Of a stretch of DNA of 64,000 bases, positions 38,831-47,345 are shown in pieces. A program made the translations under genes and the position numbers. The stretch comes from an uncultured Candidatus Saccharibacteria bacterium. GTDB lineage: Bacteria > Patescibacteriota > Minisyncoccia > Phycocordibacterales > UBA2100. The first letter of the stretch is position 1. Every line of letters starts with the position of its first letter. The stretch lies in the NCBI GenBank assembly GCA_964362305.1, contig CAYIDY010000001.1, forward strand, positions 1,526-65,525, read 5' to 3'. The notes beneath the pieces are model-generated. The model saw only the letters and a list, made by a program, of their open reading frames with translations, was not told the DNA's origin and made no database searches.

Positions 38831-39574
38831 TTAGCGAATCGAGAAATCAGCACGAACCGTTACCATCACCTCTTTCTTTTTGCTTTGTGTATCATACGAA
38901 CCGTAGTCTGAGACATCGATGCCGCCTTGAGAGAGGACTTGGACAACGCCGCCTGAAGCTGATCGAAGTGTTCCGACTGAACGCCCTGTCTCTTTTGCGA
39001 TTGCTTCAGCGCGCGCTTGTGCGTCAGCAATAGCTGCAGTCAAAAGTTTGACGCGCATCTCCGGAAGTTTCTGGTAAGTAAGTTCAACGCCGCCGGTCGA
39101 GACGGTGTATGTGGGGCCCGTAAGCGGCTGAATGTTGTTCGCGAGGTCGGAAAGTTTGTCGATATCAGAACTTCGCACAATTATTTGTCGATTAGCAGTA
39201 TACCCTGTCATCACCGGCTCAGAATTTTGCGGGTAGTAATGCGTTGGGTTTACATTTGCGACTGGTGCCTCTACGTCGGTGAATCCCTGTTTCTCAAGCA
39301 GTGTCACTATCTTATCTTTCGCAGACTCAAGATGGTTGAGCGCGAGCTGCTGCTCGCCTATTCCTACTTTCGTCTCTAGAGAAATAGTCCATCTTCCGAA
39401 ATCAGCTGTTACGGCTTCTTTTGCCGAGCCCGTTACAGTAATGGTGTCATCAGCTGTTCGAATCTGATAAAACGTGTAGCCTGCGAGACCAACAGCAACG
39501 ATGCCTGCAACGCCTAATACAGTTGCTGCGGCGACGAGCGGTTGAGAATAGTCAGCGAGTTTGCGAATGTTCAT
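38831..39574 (-). CDS. SIMPL (DUF541) domain protein
   Basis: N-terminal TM, ITVTGSA, AIADAQARAEAIA...G.LRSA. Confidence 0.88.
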   Translation of the reverse strand: MNIRKLADYSQPLVAAATVLGVAGIVAVGLAGYTFYQIRTADDTITVTGSAKEAVTADFGRWTISLETKVGIGEQQLALNHLESAKDKIVTLLEKQGFTDVEAPVANVNPTHYYPQNSEPVMTGYTANRQIIVRSSDIDKLSDLANNIQPLTGPTYTVSTGGVELTYQKLPEMRVKLLTAAIADAQARAEAIAKETGRSVGTLRSASGGVVQVLSQGGIDVSDYGSYDTQSKKKEVMVTVRADFSIR

Positions 39575-39590
39575 AAAAATTAATCAACTT

Positions 39591-39956
39591 TTAATTATGT
39601 CCGTTAAACCAAGAATGTGCCCAATCATGCATCATGTTAACTTCTCTCGTTTGCGCCGCGATAATATCTTCTGCCAGTTTTTTCAATTCAGGTCGCGATG
39701 TGTTTGCAAGAAGTGACTGGGCCATTTCTATTGCGCCCAAATGGTGGATGGTCATCTCTTCGAGAAACGCTTGCTCAAATGCCTCGCCGGTCTTCCCTTC
39801 AAGTCCTGAGGTCATATCATGCATTACATTCTCAATTTGAGAATCATGAGAGACGGGTTCTGGGACCTCTTTTTTAATGGTTTGCATCGCTAAAAGATAG
39901 CCAGCGATTATACCCAAAACGAGCATGCCAATCGGCACGAGTGTGTCCTTATACAT
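39591..39956 (-). CDS. DUF305 domain protein
   Basis: FLEEMTIHHLGAIEMA...LAEDIIAAQTREVNMM. Confidence 0.88.
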   Translation of the reverse strand: MYKDTLVPIGMLVLGIIAGYLLAMQTIKKEVPEPVSHDSQIENVMHDMTSGLEGKTGEAFEQAFLEEMTIHHLGAIEMAQSLLANTSRPELKKLAEDIIAAQTREVNMMHDWAHSWFNGHN

Positions 39957-40008
39957 ACCGTGTAGCATAAATGAAATAAATAGAGTGTACAGCGTGTATT
40001 ATAGAGCA

Positions 40009-41787
40009 ATGCCAAGTACATCTATTGTTCAGGCCGTAACCTCTGCGCCTCTGAAGCTTCTCGCTTTTATGAGGGCCCGCCCTCTAGTCGCTGGAGTCAT
40101 TGCAATCGCTCTCGCTGGGAGTGGATACTATATTTACAATTCTTATACATCAACCGACGGAGAAACAAGATATGTCTTTGGTGAAGTAGAGCGCGGTACA
40201 CTACGAATCACGGTGTCAGGTTCCGGCCAAGTTTCCGCAGAGAGTCAACTTGAACTGACCGCAAAAGCATCCGGCGACATCACTTCGATATCGGTAAAGA
40301 ATGGCGATGCGGTTAAACGCGGGGCGCTTATTGCATCCATAGATTCGCGTGATGCTCAAAAAGCAGTACGAGATGCACAGGTCAACCTCGAAAGTGCACA
40401 GCTTGCTCTCCAAAAACTAGAACAACCGGCGACGACGCTTACTCTTACGCAAGCAAGAAACGCTCTGACTGACGCCGAGAATTCGCTCGAGAGCAATTAT
40501 GACGACGGGTTCAATGAGGTCTCGGACACATTTCTTGCACTACCTGCCGTTATGTCAGGTGTTGATGCCATCTTGTATGACAACACCGTGAATGCTTCTC
40601 AGGATAATGTGTTCGCCTACGCTGACATGATAGATGACGTCGAGCCTCGCGTGAATATGTTTCGCGATGATGCAGCTAGAAAATATATAGATGCGCGTGC
40701 AGAGTACGACGCACTTCTCGTTACTTACAAAGCGACATCACGCTTTTCTGATAAGGCCGCGTTAGAAAAGCTTATTCTTGAGACGTACGACATGACAAAA
40801 ACCGTCGCCGAAGCAACGAAGAGCCTTTCGGATTTTCTCAATCTCGTGAATGACAGTCTTGTCTTGCGCGACCGCACCATTCCGACGATTCTTACGACGC
40901 ATCGCGATTCCCTTTCTGGGTACATTACAACCGGAAACACCCAGCTCGTTGCTCTTCTTTCTATTAAGGATGGCATCATTTCTGCTAAGCAATCAATTGA
41001 AGAGAAGACCGAAGCGTTGCGTGATTTGGAAGACGGTACCGACAAGATTGATTTAGATTCGCAAAAGCTGGTTGTGAAGCAACGCGAAAATGCACTACGT
41101 GACGCTCAGGAAGATTTAGCTGATTATTCGCTTCGCGCGCCGTTTGATGGAACCGTGGCAAAGCTGAATGTTAAGCGCGCAGACCGTGTTTCTAGCGGCA
41201 CGTCGGTTGCCACTTTCATCACAGCAAACGCTGTTGCCGAAATTTCGTTGAACGAAATCGACGCAGCAAATGTAGCTGTTGGTCAAAAGGCAGAGCTCAC
41301 GTTTGATGCTGTTGAAGGATTAACTATTGAAGGCATGGTTGTCGAGATTGATACAGTGGGGACTGTGCAATCAGGCGTTGTTACCTACACAGTAACGATT
41401 GGTTTTGAGACCGACCCGCGTGTAAAGCCCGGCATGACAGTCAACGCAGAAATCATCACAAAGACGCTCGCTGATATCATTCTCTTGCCATCAGCAGCCG
41501 TCAAAACCGAAGGCGATGAATCGTATGTAGAAACCATTCCAGGCGCGAAACTAGAGCGCGAATCTGTTACTTCTCCACTCTCCCCAGTACAAATTCCCGT
41601 CGTCATTGGAACCTCAAATGATACGCGTGTAGAAGTTCTTTCGGGACTGAATGAGGGCGACGTAATTATCGTGAGGACAATAACAGGAGAAGCTGCTCAA
41701 CAAGCACCCAATATCTTCCAGGCGACAGGTGCTCGACCGCCGGGCGGCGGAGGTGCGAGCGGCGGTACGCGTACGCAGGTGAGATAG
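40009..41787 (+). CDS. Membrane fusion / periplasmic adaptor protein (MacA/YknX-like)
   Basis: TM, lipoyl halves, long coiled coil, KPGMTVNAEI, EVLSGLNEGD. Confidence 0.87.
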   Translation: MPSTSIVQAVTSAPLKLLAFMRARPLVAGVIAIALAGSGYYIYNSYTSTDGETRYVFGEVERGTLRITVSGSGQVSAESQLELTAKASGDITSISVKNGDAVKRGALIASIDSRDAQKAVRDAQVNLESAQLALQKLEQPATTLTLTQARNALTDAENSLESNYDDGFNEVSDTFLALPAVMSGVDAILYDNTVNASQDNVFAYADMIDDVEPRVNMFRDDAARKYIDARAEYDALLVTYKATSRFSDKAALEKLILETYDMTKTVAEATKSLSDFLNLVNDSLVLRDRTIPTILTTHRDSLSGYITTGNTQLVALLSIKDGIISAKQSIEEKTEALRDLEDGTDKIDLDSQKLVVKQRENALRDAQEDLADYSLRAPFDGTVAKLNVKRADRVSSGTSVATFITANAVAEISLNEIDAANVAVGQKAELTFDAVEGLTIEGMVVEIDTVGTVQSGVVTYTVTIGFETDPRVKPGMTVNAEIITKTLADIILLPSAAVKTEGDESYVETIPGAKLERESVTSPLSPVQIPVVIGTSNDTRVEVLSGLNEGDVIIVRTITGEAAQQAPNIFQATGARPPGGGGASGGTRTQVR

Positions 41788-41794
41788 ACTGCGT

Positions 41795-42493
41795 ATGATT
41801 GAAATTAAAGACGTCACAAAAACATACAAAACAGGCGACATCGAATTCACAGCACTTCACGGCGTGTCATTCACGATACATGCTGGTGAGTTTGTGGCTA
41901 TCATGGGCCCGTCTGGTTCTGGTAAATCGACGCTAATGCACATTTTAGGATGCCTCGACACGCCCACAACGGGTTCGTATTTCCTTAACGGAAAAGACGT
42001 ATCCAGACTGAAGGACGACGAACTTGCTGATATTCGCAGCCACAACATTGGGTTTGTTTTTCAATCATTCAACCTTCTTCCTCGCACAACGGTGATAAAA
42101 AATACAATGCTCCCTCTCGTGTATGCCGGAGTCGAAGAGCGCGAACGGGTCACACGTGCGGAACAAGCACTCACTTCTGCCGGACTTGATCAGACACACT
42201 TCTTTCATAAATCAAATCAGCTTTCAGGCGGGCAAATTCAACGCGTCGCGATTGCACGTGCACTCGTGAACGACCCTGCAATGATTCTTGCTGACGAGCC
42301 GACAGGTAACCTCGACACAAAAACCGGAGAGATTGTGCTCGGCACGTTTGAGCGACTGAATCGTGAACATGGCCGAACCGTGGTTCTCATTACTCACGAA
42401 CAAGATGTGGCAAGACATGCAGAGAGAATCATCTTCATTCGTGACGGTGTTATAGAAAAAGACAACGGCACACACGCACGGCATAAAAAATAG
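41795..42493 (+). CDS. ABC transporter ATP-binding protein (MacB-type)
   Basis: [26 protein letters not shown]. Confidence 0.94.
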   Translation: MIEIKDVTKTYKTGDIEFTALHGVSFTIHAGEFVAIMGPSGSGKSTLMHILGCLDTPTTGSYFLNGKDVSRLKDDELADIRSHNIGFVFQSFNLLPRTTVIKNTMLPLVYAGVEERERVTRAEQALTSAGLDQTHFFHKSNQLSGGQIQRVAIARALVNDPAMILADEPTGNLDTKTGEIVLGTFERLNREHGRTVVLITHEQDVARHAERIIFIRDGVIEKDNGTHARHKK

Positions 42494-42494
42494 T

Positions 42495-43706
42495 ATGACA
42501 CTACGAGATCTAGCGCATGAGACGTTCGAATCACTCTCTTCAAACAAAGTGAGGAGTGGTCTTACTATGCTCGGTATCGTGATTGGCATTATGTCGGTCG
42601 TCGCGATGATATCTATCGGGCAGGGTGCAAAAGATTCTATTCAGGGTTCCATCGAGGGACTAGGTTCGAATCTTCTCACTGTGCTGCCGGGCGTGGTACA
42701 ACCGGGGCGAGGCATTGTTTCTGCCGGGAGAGGTACCGCAGAGGTGTTGGACGAAGACGATGTAGAAGCAATCCGCGAAATCGAGGGCGTCACCTTTGTA
42801 TCACCTGAAGTTGCGCGCCGATTTCAAATAGTCTCCCCTACCGGTAACAATACCAACACGACTGTAAACGGTGTGATGCCAGAGTATCTTCAAGTACGAA
42901 ATTTAGCTCTTGCCAATGGAAATTTTATCTCAGCTGCACACGTCCGCAGTCTTGGTCGACAAACAGTGTTAGGAGCGACTGTCGCCAAAGACCTATTTGG
43001 TGTACAAGACCCAATTGGCCAAAAAATTCGTATCGACGGCTCAAATTATACGGTTATTGGGGTTTTGAAATCGAAAGGCGGCATCGGATTTTCTGGACCG
43101 GATGATGCTGTCATAATTCCCGTGACTACGATGCAGAAAGTACTCGCTGGCACAGACTTTTTTTCGCAGATTGCGGTAAACGTCTCTGACAAGAACCTCA
43201 TGAGCGCCGTACAAGCTGAATTGACGGCCACGCTGTTACGCTCTCACAATATCGACGAGCCGGATTTTTCGGTTATCTCACAGGAAGATATTTTAGGCAC
43301 ACTTACTTCGGTTATTGATACCTTTACACTGTTCCTCGCCGCAATCGCTTCAATTTCTCTTTTGGTTGGCGGAATCGGCATTATGAACATGATGCTCACC
43401 ACTGTCACAGAGCGCACGAAAGAAATTGGACTCCGAAAAGCCATAGGCGCAAAAAGTCGCGATATTACGGAGCAATTTTTGGCCGAGGCTGTCACTCTTA
43501 CGTTCGTCGGTGGGGCGATTGGTGTATTTCTTGGGTGGCTCCTCTGCTTCATCATTACGCAAACAGGCCTCATTCAAACGAGCGTGTCTTTGATGTCGGT
43601 TCTTCTCGGCTTTGGCGTATCCGCGCTCATCGGTATTGTGTTTGGATACTACCCGGCTCGTCGTGCTTCACGCCTGAACCCCATCGACGCCTTGCGATAC
43701 GAGTGA
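42495..43706 (+). CDS. ABC transporter permease (MacB-type)
   Basis: LTMLGIVIGI, GGIGIMNMML..VTERTKEIGLRKAIGA, PIDALRYE. Confidence 0.94.
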   Translation: MTLRDLAHETFESLSSNKVRSGLTMLGIVIGIMSVVAMISIGQGAKDSIQGSIEGLGSNLLTVLPGVVQPGRGIVSAGRGTAEVLDEDDVEAIREIEGVTFVSPEVARRFQIVSPTGNNTNTTVNGVMPEYLQVRNLALANGNFISAAHVRSLGRQTVLGATVAKDLFGVQDPIGQKIRIDGSNYTVIGVLKSKGGIGFSGPDDAVIIPVTTMQKVLAGTDFFSQIAVNVSDKNLMSAVQAELTATLLRSHNIDEPDFSVISQEDILGTLTSVIDTFTLFLAAIASISLLVGGIGIMNMMLTTVTERTKEIGLRKAIGAKSRDITEQFLAEAVTLTFVGGAIGVFLGWLLCFIITQTGLIQTSVSLMSVLLGFGVSALIGIVFGYYPARRASRLNPIDALRYE

Positions 43707-43709
43707 TTA

Positions 43710-44129
43710 TTACGCGTCCCAATAGTTGCGCCCCGTTTTGTAGGCTTCGATATACGTTGGGAGCGTCGCAAATACAGGCGAAGGCAGATTATCCATATCG
43801 CACCAACTCCATCCGTCAATTTTTTCAGGTTCAAGTATTTGCGGCTCCCCACTCTTCCAATCGGCAACCATACCAATGTCGACGTAGTGTTTTGGGGCAT
43901 ATGCCTTCAGATTCAACAATCTCAGAAATCGAACATTCTCAATTTCGATACCAGTTTCTTCGCGCACTTCCCTTCTCGCACACTCTTCAAACGATTCCAT
44001 GTATTCCATATGTCCACCCGGCCATGCGTATTCACCCGCCCCGTGCGACGCTTTTCTTTTTCCTAATAAGACCTTTCCGTTTTTAATAACCATTACTCCG
44101 ATGCCAACGCGAGGACGCTCCTCGCTCAT
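43710..44129 (-). CDS. NUDIX hydrolase (NUDT15-like)
   Basis: RPRVGIGV, PGGHMEYMESFEECARREVREETG, EPEK. Confidence 0.9.
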   Translation of the reverse strand: MSEERPRVGIGVMVIKNGKVLLGKRKASHGAGEYAWPGGHMEYMESFEECARREVREETGIEIENVRFLRLLNLKAYAPKHYVDIGMVADWKSGEPQILEPEKIDGWSWCDMDNLPSPVFATLPTYIEAYKTGRNYWDA

Positions 44130-45016
44130 ACGGAATCCTGCTTGGAACCAATACGGTACATTGCAAAAAGTAGAACGGCCGCGGCTAGGTATTGGCTTAT
44201 ATGTAAGACAACTCCATAAAGGAAGTAGTCAATAACTACCGCCGTCATAGGAAATGCAAGTTCGACTATTGCAGCGATGCGCACAGGCGTAGTGCGAAGA
44301 CCTTTGTAATATATCCAAAGTGCCGCCATGCCAGTAGAAAATGCAATGAGCGCAAGGTATCCGAATTGAGAAAGTGTCACTGCCCCCACGGAGTCACTGG
44401 CACCGAGTGCGAATACAAACAAGAGCGCAATTGGCACGGTCAAGAGAAAGCGCATTCCTGTAATAAATGTGTTCGAGTGATTGAGAAGTGTGAGGCGCGA
44501 AAGCGCAGTTGAGGAACCCCAGGCAATGGCTGCGAGAAGCGCAAACATAGCGGCTGTCACGTGTGCACCACCTTCTGCAAAATTCACTACGCCCATGGGG
44601 AACGTCACGAAATACCCGGCAACAAGCGCTAGCACGGCCCACGCCCAATACTGTTTTGTCGGTGTTTCTTTAAGAACCAGCCACGCCATTGTGATAGCAA
44701 ATATTGGCTGCAACTTTTGAATGAGAAAGACAACAGAAAATGGAATGAAATTTACTTTGAGAAGAGCAGTGGTGAAGAAAAGTGTTCCCAATACTCCGGA
44801 AAGAAGCGCGACTACCCCGAGCGCGTACCACTCTTTCTTTTCCAATCGTTCACTCTTCCATGCTTTCCACAAAAAAGGCGCAAGAATAACGAGGCCAATC
44901 AGGTGTTCAAAAAAGACGATAGAAATCGGAGGAAGCCCATAGAGACTACGACGCAAAATTCCGTCGAGCCCCCACAAAATTGCCGCTATGAATATGAGAA
45001 TTGGTCCGTATGTCAT
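44126..45016 (-). CDS. DMT/EamA family transporter
   Basis: About ten TMs in two EamA repeats (QKLQPIFA...VLKE). Confidence 0.9.
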   Translation of the reverse strand: MTYGPILIFIAAILWGLDGILRRSLYGLPPISIVFFEHLIGLVILAPFLWKAWKSERLEKKEWYALGVVALLSGVLGTLFFTTALLKVNFIPFSVVFLIQKLQPIFAITMAWLVLKETPTKQYWAWAVLALVAGYFVTFPMGVVNFAEGGAHVTAAMFALLAAIAWGSSTALSRLTLLNHSNTFITGMRFLLTVPIALLFVFALGASDSVGAVTLSQFGYLALIAFSTGMAALWIYYKGLRTTPVRIAAIVELAFPMTAVVIDYFLYGVVLHISQYLAAAVLLFAMYRIGSKQDSV

Positions 45017-45017
45017 G

Positions 45018-45269
45018 TTAAAAACCCGTTTTTGGGGAGTCAGCCCAATATTTCTTTAACAGCGCAATACGTTTCGGTGTGTCATCTGCACTATCCTCGA
45101 GCGCTTTCACTTCAGACTGAGTTATAACTCGACTGCCCAGCACACCGTCATGGGTAATCTCGATCTTGTAACAATTCTCCCCGCCAATCTGATGACTTAA
45201 CGGAGTGAAGTCGAGAAAATACTTTATTTCTTTCTGCTCTTCCGGTTGTTCAGATTGAAATTCTTTCAT
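45018..45269 (-). CDS. Hypothetical protein (83 aa)
   Basis: Overlaps the lysS stop by 4 nt and fills the gap. Confidence 0.6.
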   Translation of the reverse strand: MKEFQSEQPEEQKEIKYFLDFTPLSHQIGGENCYKIEITHDGVLGSRVITQSEVKALEDSADDTPKRIALLKKYWADSPKTGF

Positions 45270-46732
45270 AGATTCTCTTTTTTAGGTCTTAGTAATGGAA
45301 AAAGCTGCGCTTCGTGAGCGGGGCGGTTTTCAAGAAAGGCAAAGAGTCTCTCTGAAAGACCGAAACCAAAGGCGGGAGGCATGCCGTATTCCATCGCTTT
45401 TACATAGTCTTCGTCAAGACGCTGTGCTTCGTCGTCACCCGCGTCACGCATCATTTGCTGCTCTTCAAATCGTGCGCGCTGGTCCAGGGGGTCGTTTAGT
45501 TCACTAAATCCTTTGCTCATTTCGGAGCCGGCAAGTAGCACCTGCATACGTTCTACAATTTCCGGATTCGACGAGCGTTTTGCCAAAGGCTCCAAATATG
45601 CAGGTTGATTCACTAAAAATGCAGGGCCCTGGATTGACTTGCGTACGGATTTCCATAGGTGATCAATGGCTCGCGCTTTGTTCAATTCTTCCCCAACATT
45701 GATTTGCGCATCGCGGACGGCTTGTATTGCCTCGTCTTCCGAGCAGGAAATAGGGTCGACGCCGAAACGCTTTTGAATTTCTCCACAATAATCAATAGTT
45801 CCCCATTCATCGGCCAAATCGACGGTAAAATCTCCTATTTCAAACGTATATTTTCCGTACACCTCTTTCGCGATGTGGCGATAGAGGTCTTTGGTGAATT
45901 CCATTCCTTTTTCCATATCACTAAACGCCTCATACGTTTCAAGCTGTGTGTAGTCTTGCAAATGTTCGCGTGACTGTCCTTCGTTTCTAAAAATGCGCCC
46001 GATTTCGAACACCTTTGGAAACCCTGCAATGAGCAAGCGTTTCTGCCACAATTCGCCTGCTGAAATACGAAGATACACATCGATGTCGAGTGCGTTGTGG
46101 TGTGTAATAAACGGCCGCGCATCTGCTCCACCAGGAGATGATTCCAGAACGGGCGTTTCTACTTCAAGAAAATTGCGCGCGAGCAAGAATTCACGAATCG
46201 CCTGCCAGAATTTCGAGCGACGCTCAAACATAGCGCGCGTCTCAGGGTTCAAAAGAATATCAAGGTATCGCTGTCGGAGCGTAGTCTCTTCATCTTTAAT
46301 ACCAAACCATTCGCTTGGAATTGGCGAGAGTGACTTCGCGAGCATCTTCCAGCTCCCTACGTGCATCGACAAAACGCCGCGCTTGGTGCGATATGCCGTT
46401 CCCGATACTTCTACAAAGTCGCCAATGTCGACAGCTTTTTCGAATAGCTGAAACATCTGCTCGTCTGCGCCTTCTTTTTGATAGACCAATTGCATCTTGG
46501 TAGTCCCATCAAATACATCGGCAAACACAATGCCGCCCTGGCCACGAAGCGACATCACGCGACCCGCGATTATTTTTGTTCCCCCACTCTTTTCCAATTC
46601 TTCAAACTGCCCAAGAAATTCAGAAACTGATGTGTCACGTGCAGTGTGCGAGGGGTACGCTTCCATTCCCGCATCCTTCAGGAGCTCTAGCTTCTTTATT
46701 CGCTCGTTGCGAATTTCATCTCCGCTCGACAT
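45266..46732 (-). CDS. lysS: Lysine--tRNA ligase (class II)
   Basis: OB fold, RQRYLD, EVETP, GRIFRNEG, FSELNDP, YGMPP. Confidence 0.97.
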   Translation of the reverse strand: MSSGDEIRNERIKKLELLKDAGMEAYPSHTARDTSVSEFLGQFEELEKSGGTKIIAGRVMSLRGQGGIVFADVFDGTTKMQLVYQKEGADEQMFQLFEKAVDIGDFVEVSGTAYRTKRGVLSMHVGSWKMLAKSLSPIPSEWFGIKDEETTLRQRYLDILLNPETRAMFERRSKFWQAIREFLLARNFLEVETPVLESSPGGADARPFITHHNALDIDVYLRISAGELWQKRLLIAGFPKVFEIGRIFRNEGQSREHLQDYTQLETYEAFSDMEKGMEFTKDLYRHIAKEVYGKYTFEIGDFTVDLADEWGTIDYCGEIQKRFGVDPISCSEDEAIQAVRDAQINVGEELNKARAIDHLWKSVRKSIQGPAFLVNQPAYLEPLAKRSSNPEIVERMQVLLAGSEMSKGFSELNDPLDQRARFEEQQMMRDAGDDEAQRLDEDYVKAMEYGMPPAFGFGLSERLFAFLENRPAHEAQLFPLLRPKKENL

Positions 46733-46759
46733 GCTGAATACTATAGCACCCCTCTACAC

Positions 46760-47278
46760 TTACCAGAACTTAAAGATGCTAAAGATGTTTTTAATCGCCA
46801 AGGTGATGCGCGCTCCGAGTGAGACAAAGACATTACTGCTCTCTTCCTCGCCCCCGACACGCGCAACAGTTTCCGCAGTGACTGTTGCAGCTGACGTCGC
46901 AGCCAACTCTTCATTGTTTACTTTGACAGAAGTTTCGGCTTTCTTACCTGAAACGGCTTTCGAGTTGACCTCAACAGACACTGGTTCACCAGCCTTCAGT
47001 TTTTTTTCTATTGTTTGCGTTTTCGTTTCTCCGTTTACTGTTGTTGACGTCTCAATATGTACGTCGGTGCCTTCTCCGTGGGAGGATACTTCGCTTTTTG
47101 ATGAAGCACTCGCGTCGCCGGTAATGATGGCGTGTCCATGATCCACCGAATTCCCTCCGGATGAGGCTGATGAATGAGTGTCGCTCTGTATTGAGCCACT
47201 GTTCGAGATAACTATTTCTGCAGACGAGAGTGCAGGAAGAGCAAGTGTGATTCCAAGTACAAGTGCGAAATATTTCAT
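46760..47278 (-). CDS. Secreted protein with one fibre-type repeat (putative minor/accessory subunit)
   Basis: Signal peptide; ISNSGSIQSDTHSSASSGGN...IITGDASA; amphipathic aromatic C-tail. Confidence 0.7.
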   Translation of the reverse strand: MKYFALVLGITLALPALSSAEIVISNSGSIQSDTHSSASSGGNSVDHGHAIITGDASASSKSEVSSHGEGTDVHIETSTTVNGETKTQTIEKKLKAGEPVSVEVNSKAVSGKKAETSVKVNNEELAATSAATVTAETVARVGGEEESSNVFVSLGARITLAIKNIFSIFKFW

Positions 47279-47288
47279 ATTAGACTTT

Positions 47289-47320
47289 GGCGACCGCGCG
47301 CTTTTAAGTGCGCGGTCGCC
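47289..47320. other. Strong intergenic stem-loop
   Basis: GGCGACCGCGCGCTT-TT-AAGTGCGCGGTCGCC; no U-tract on the coding (minus) strand. Confidence 0.7.
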
Positions 47321-47345
47321 CTTTGAAACTACTTTACTCTAGATC

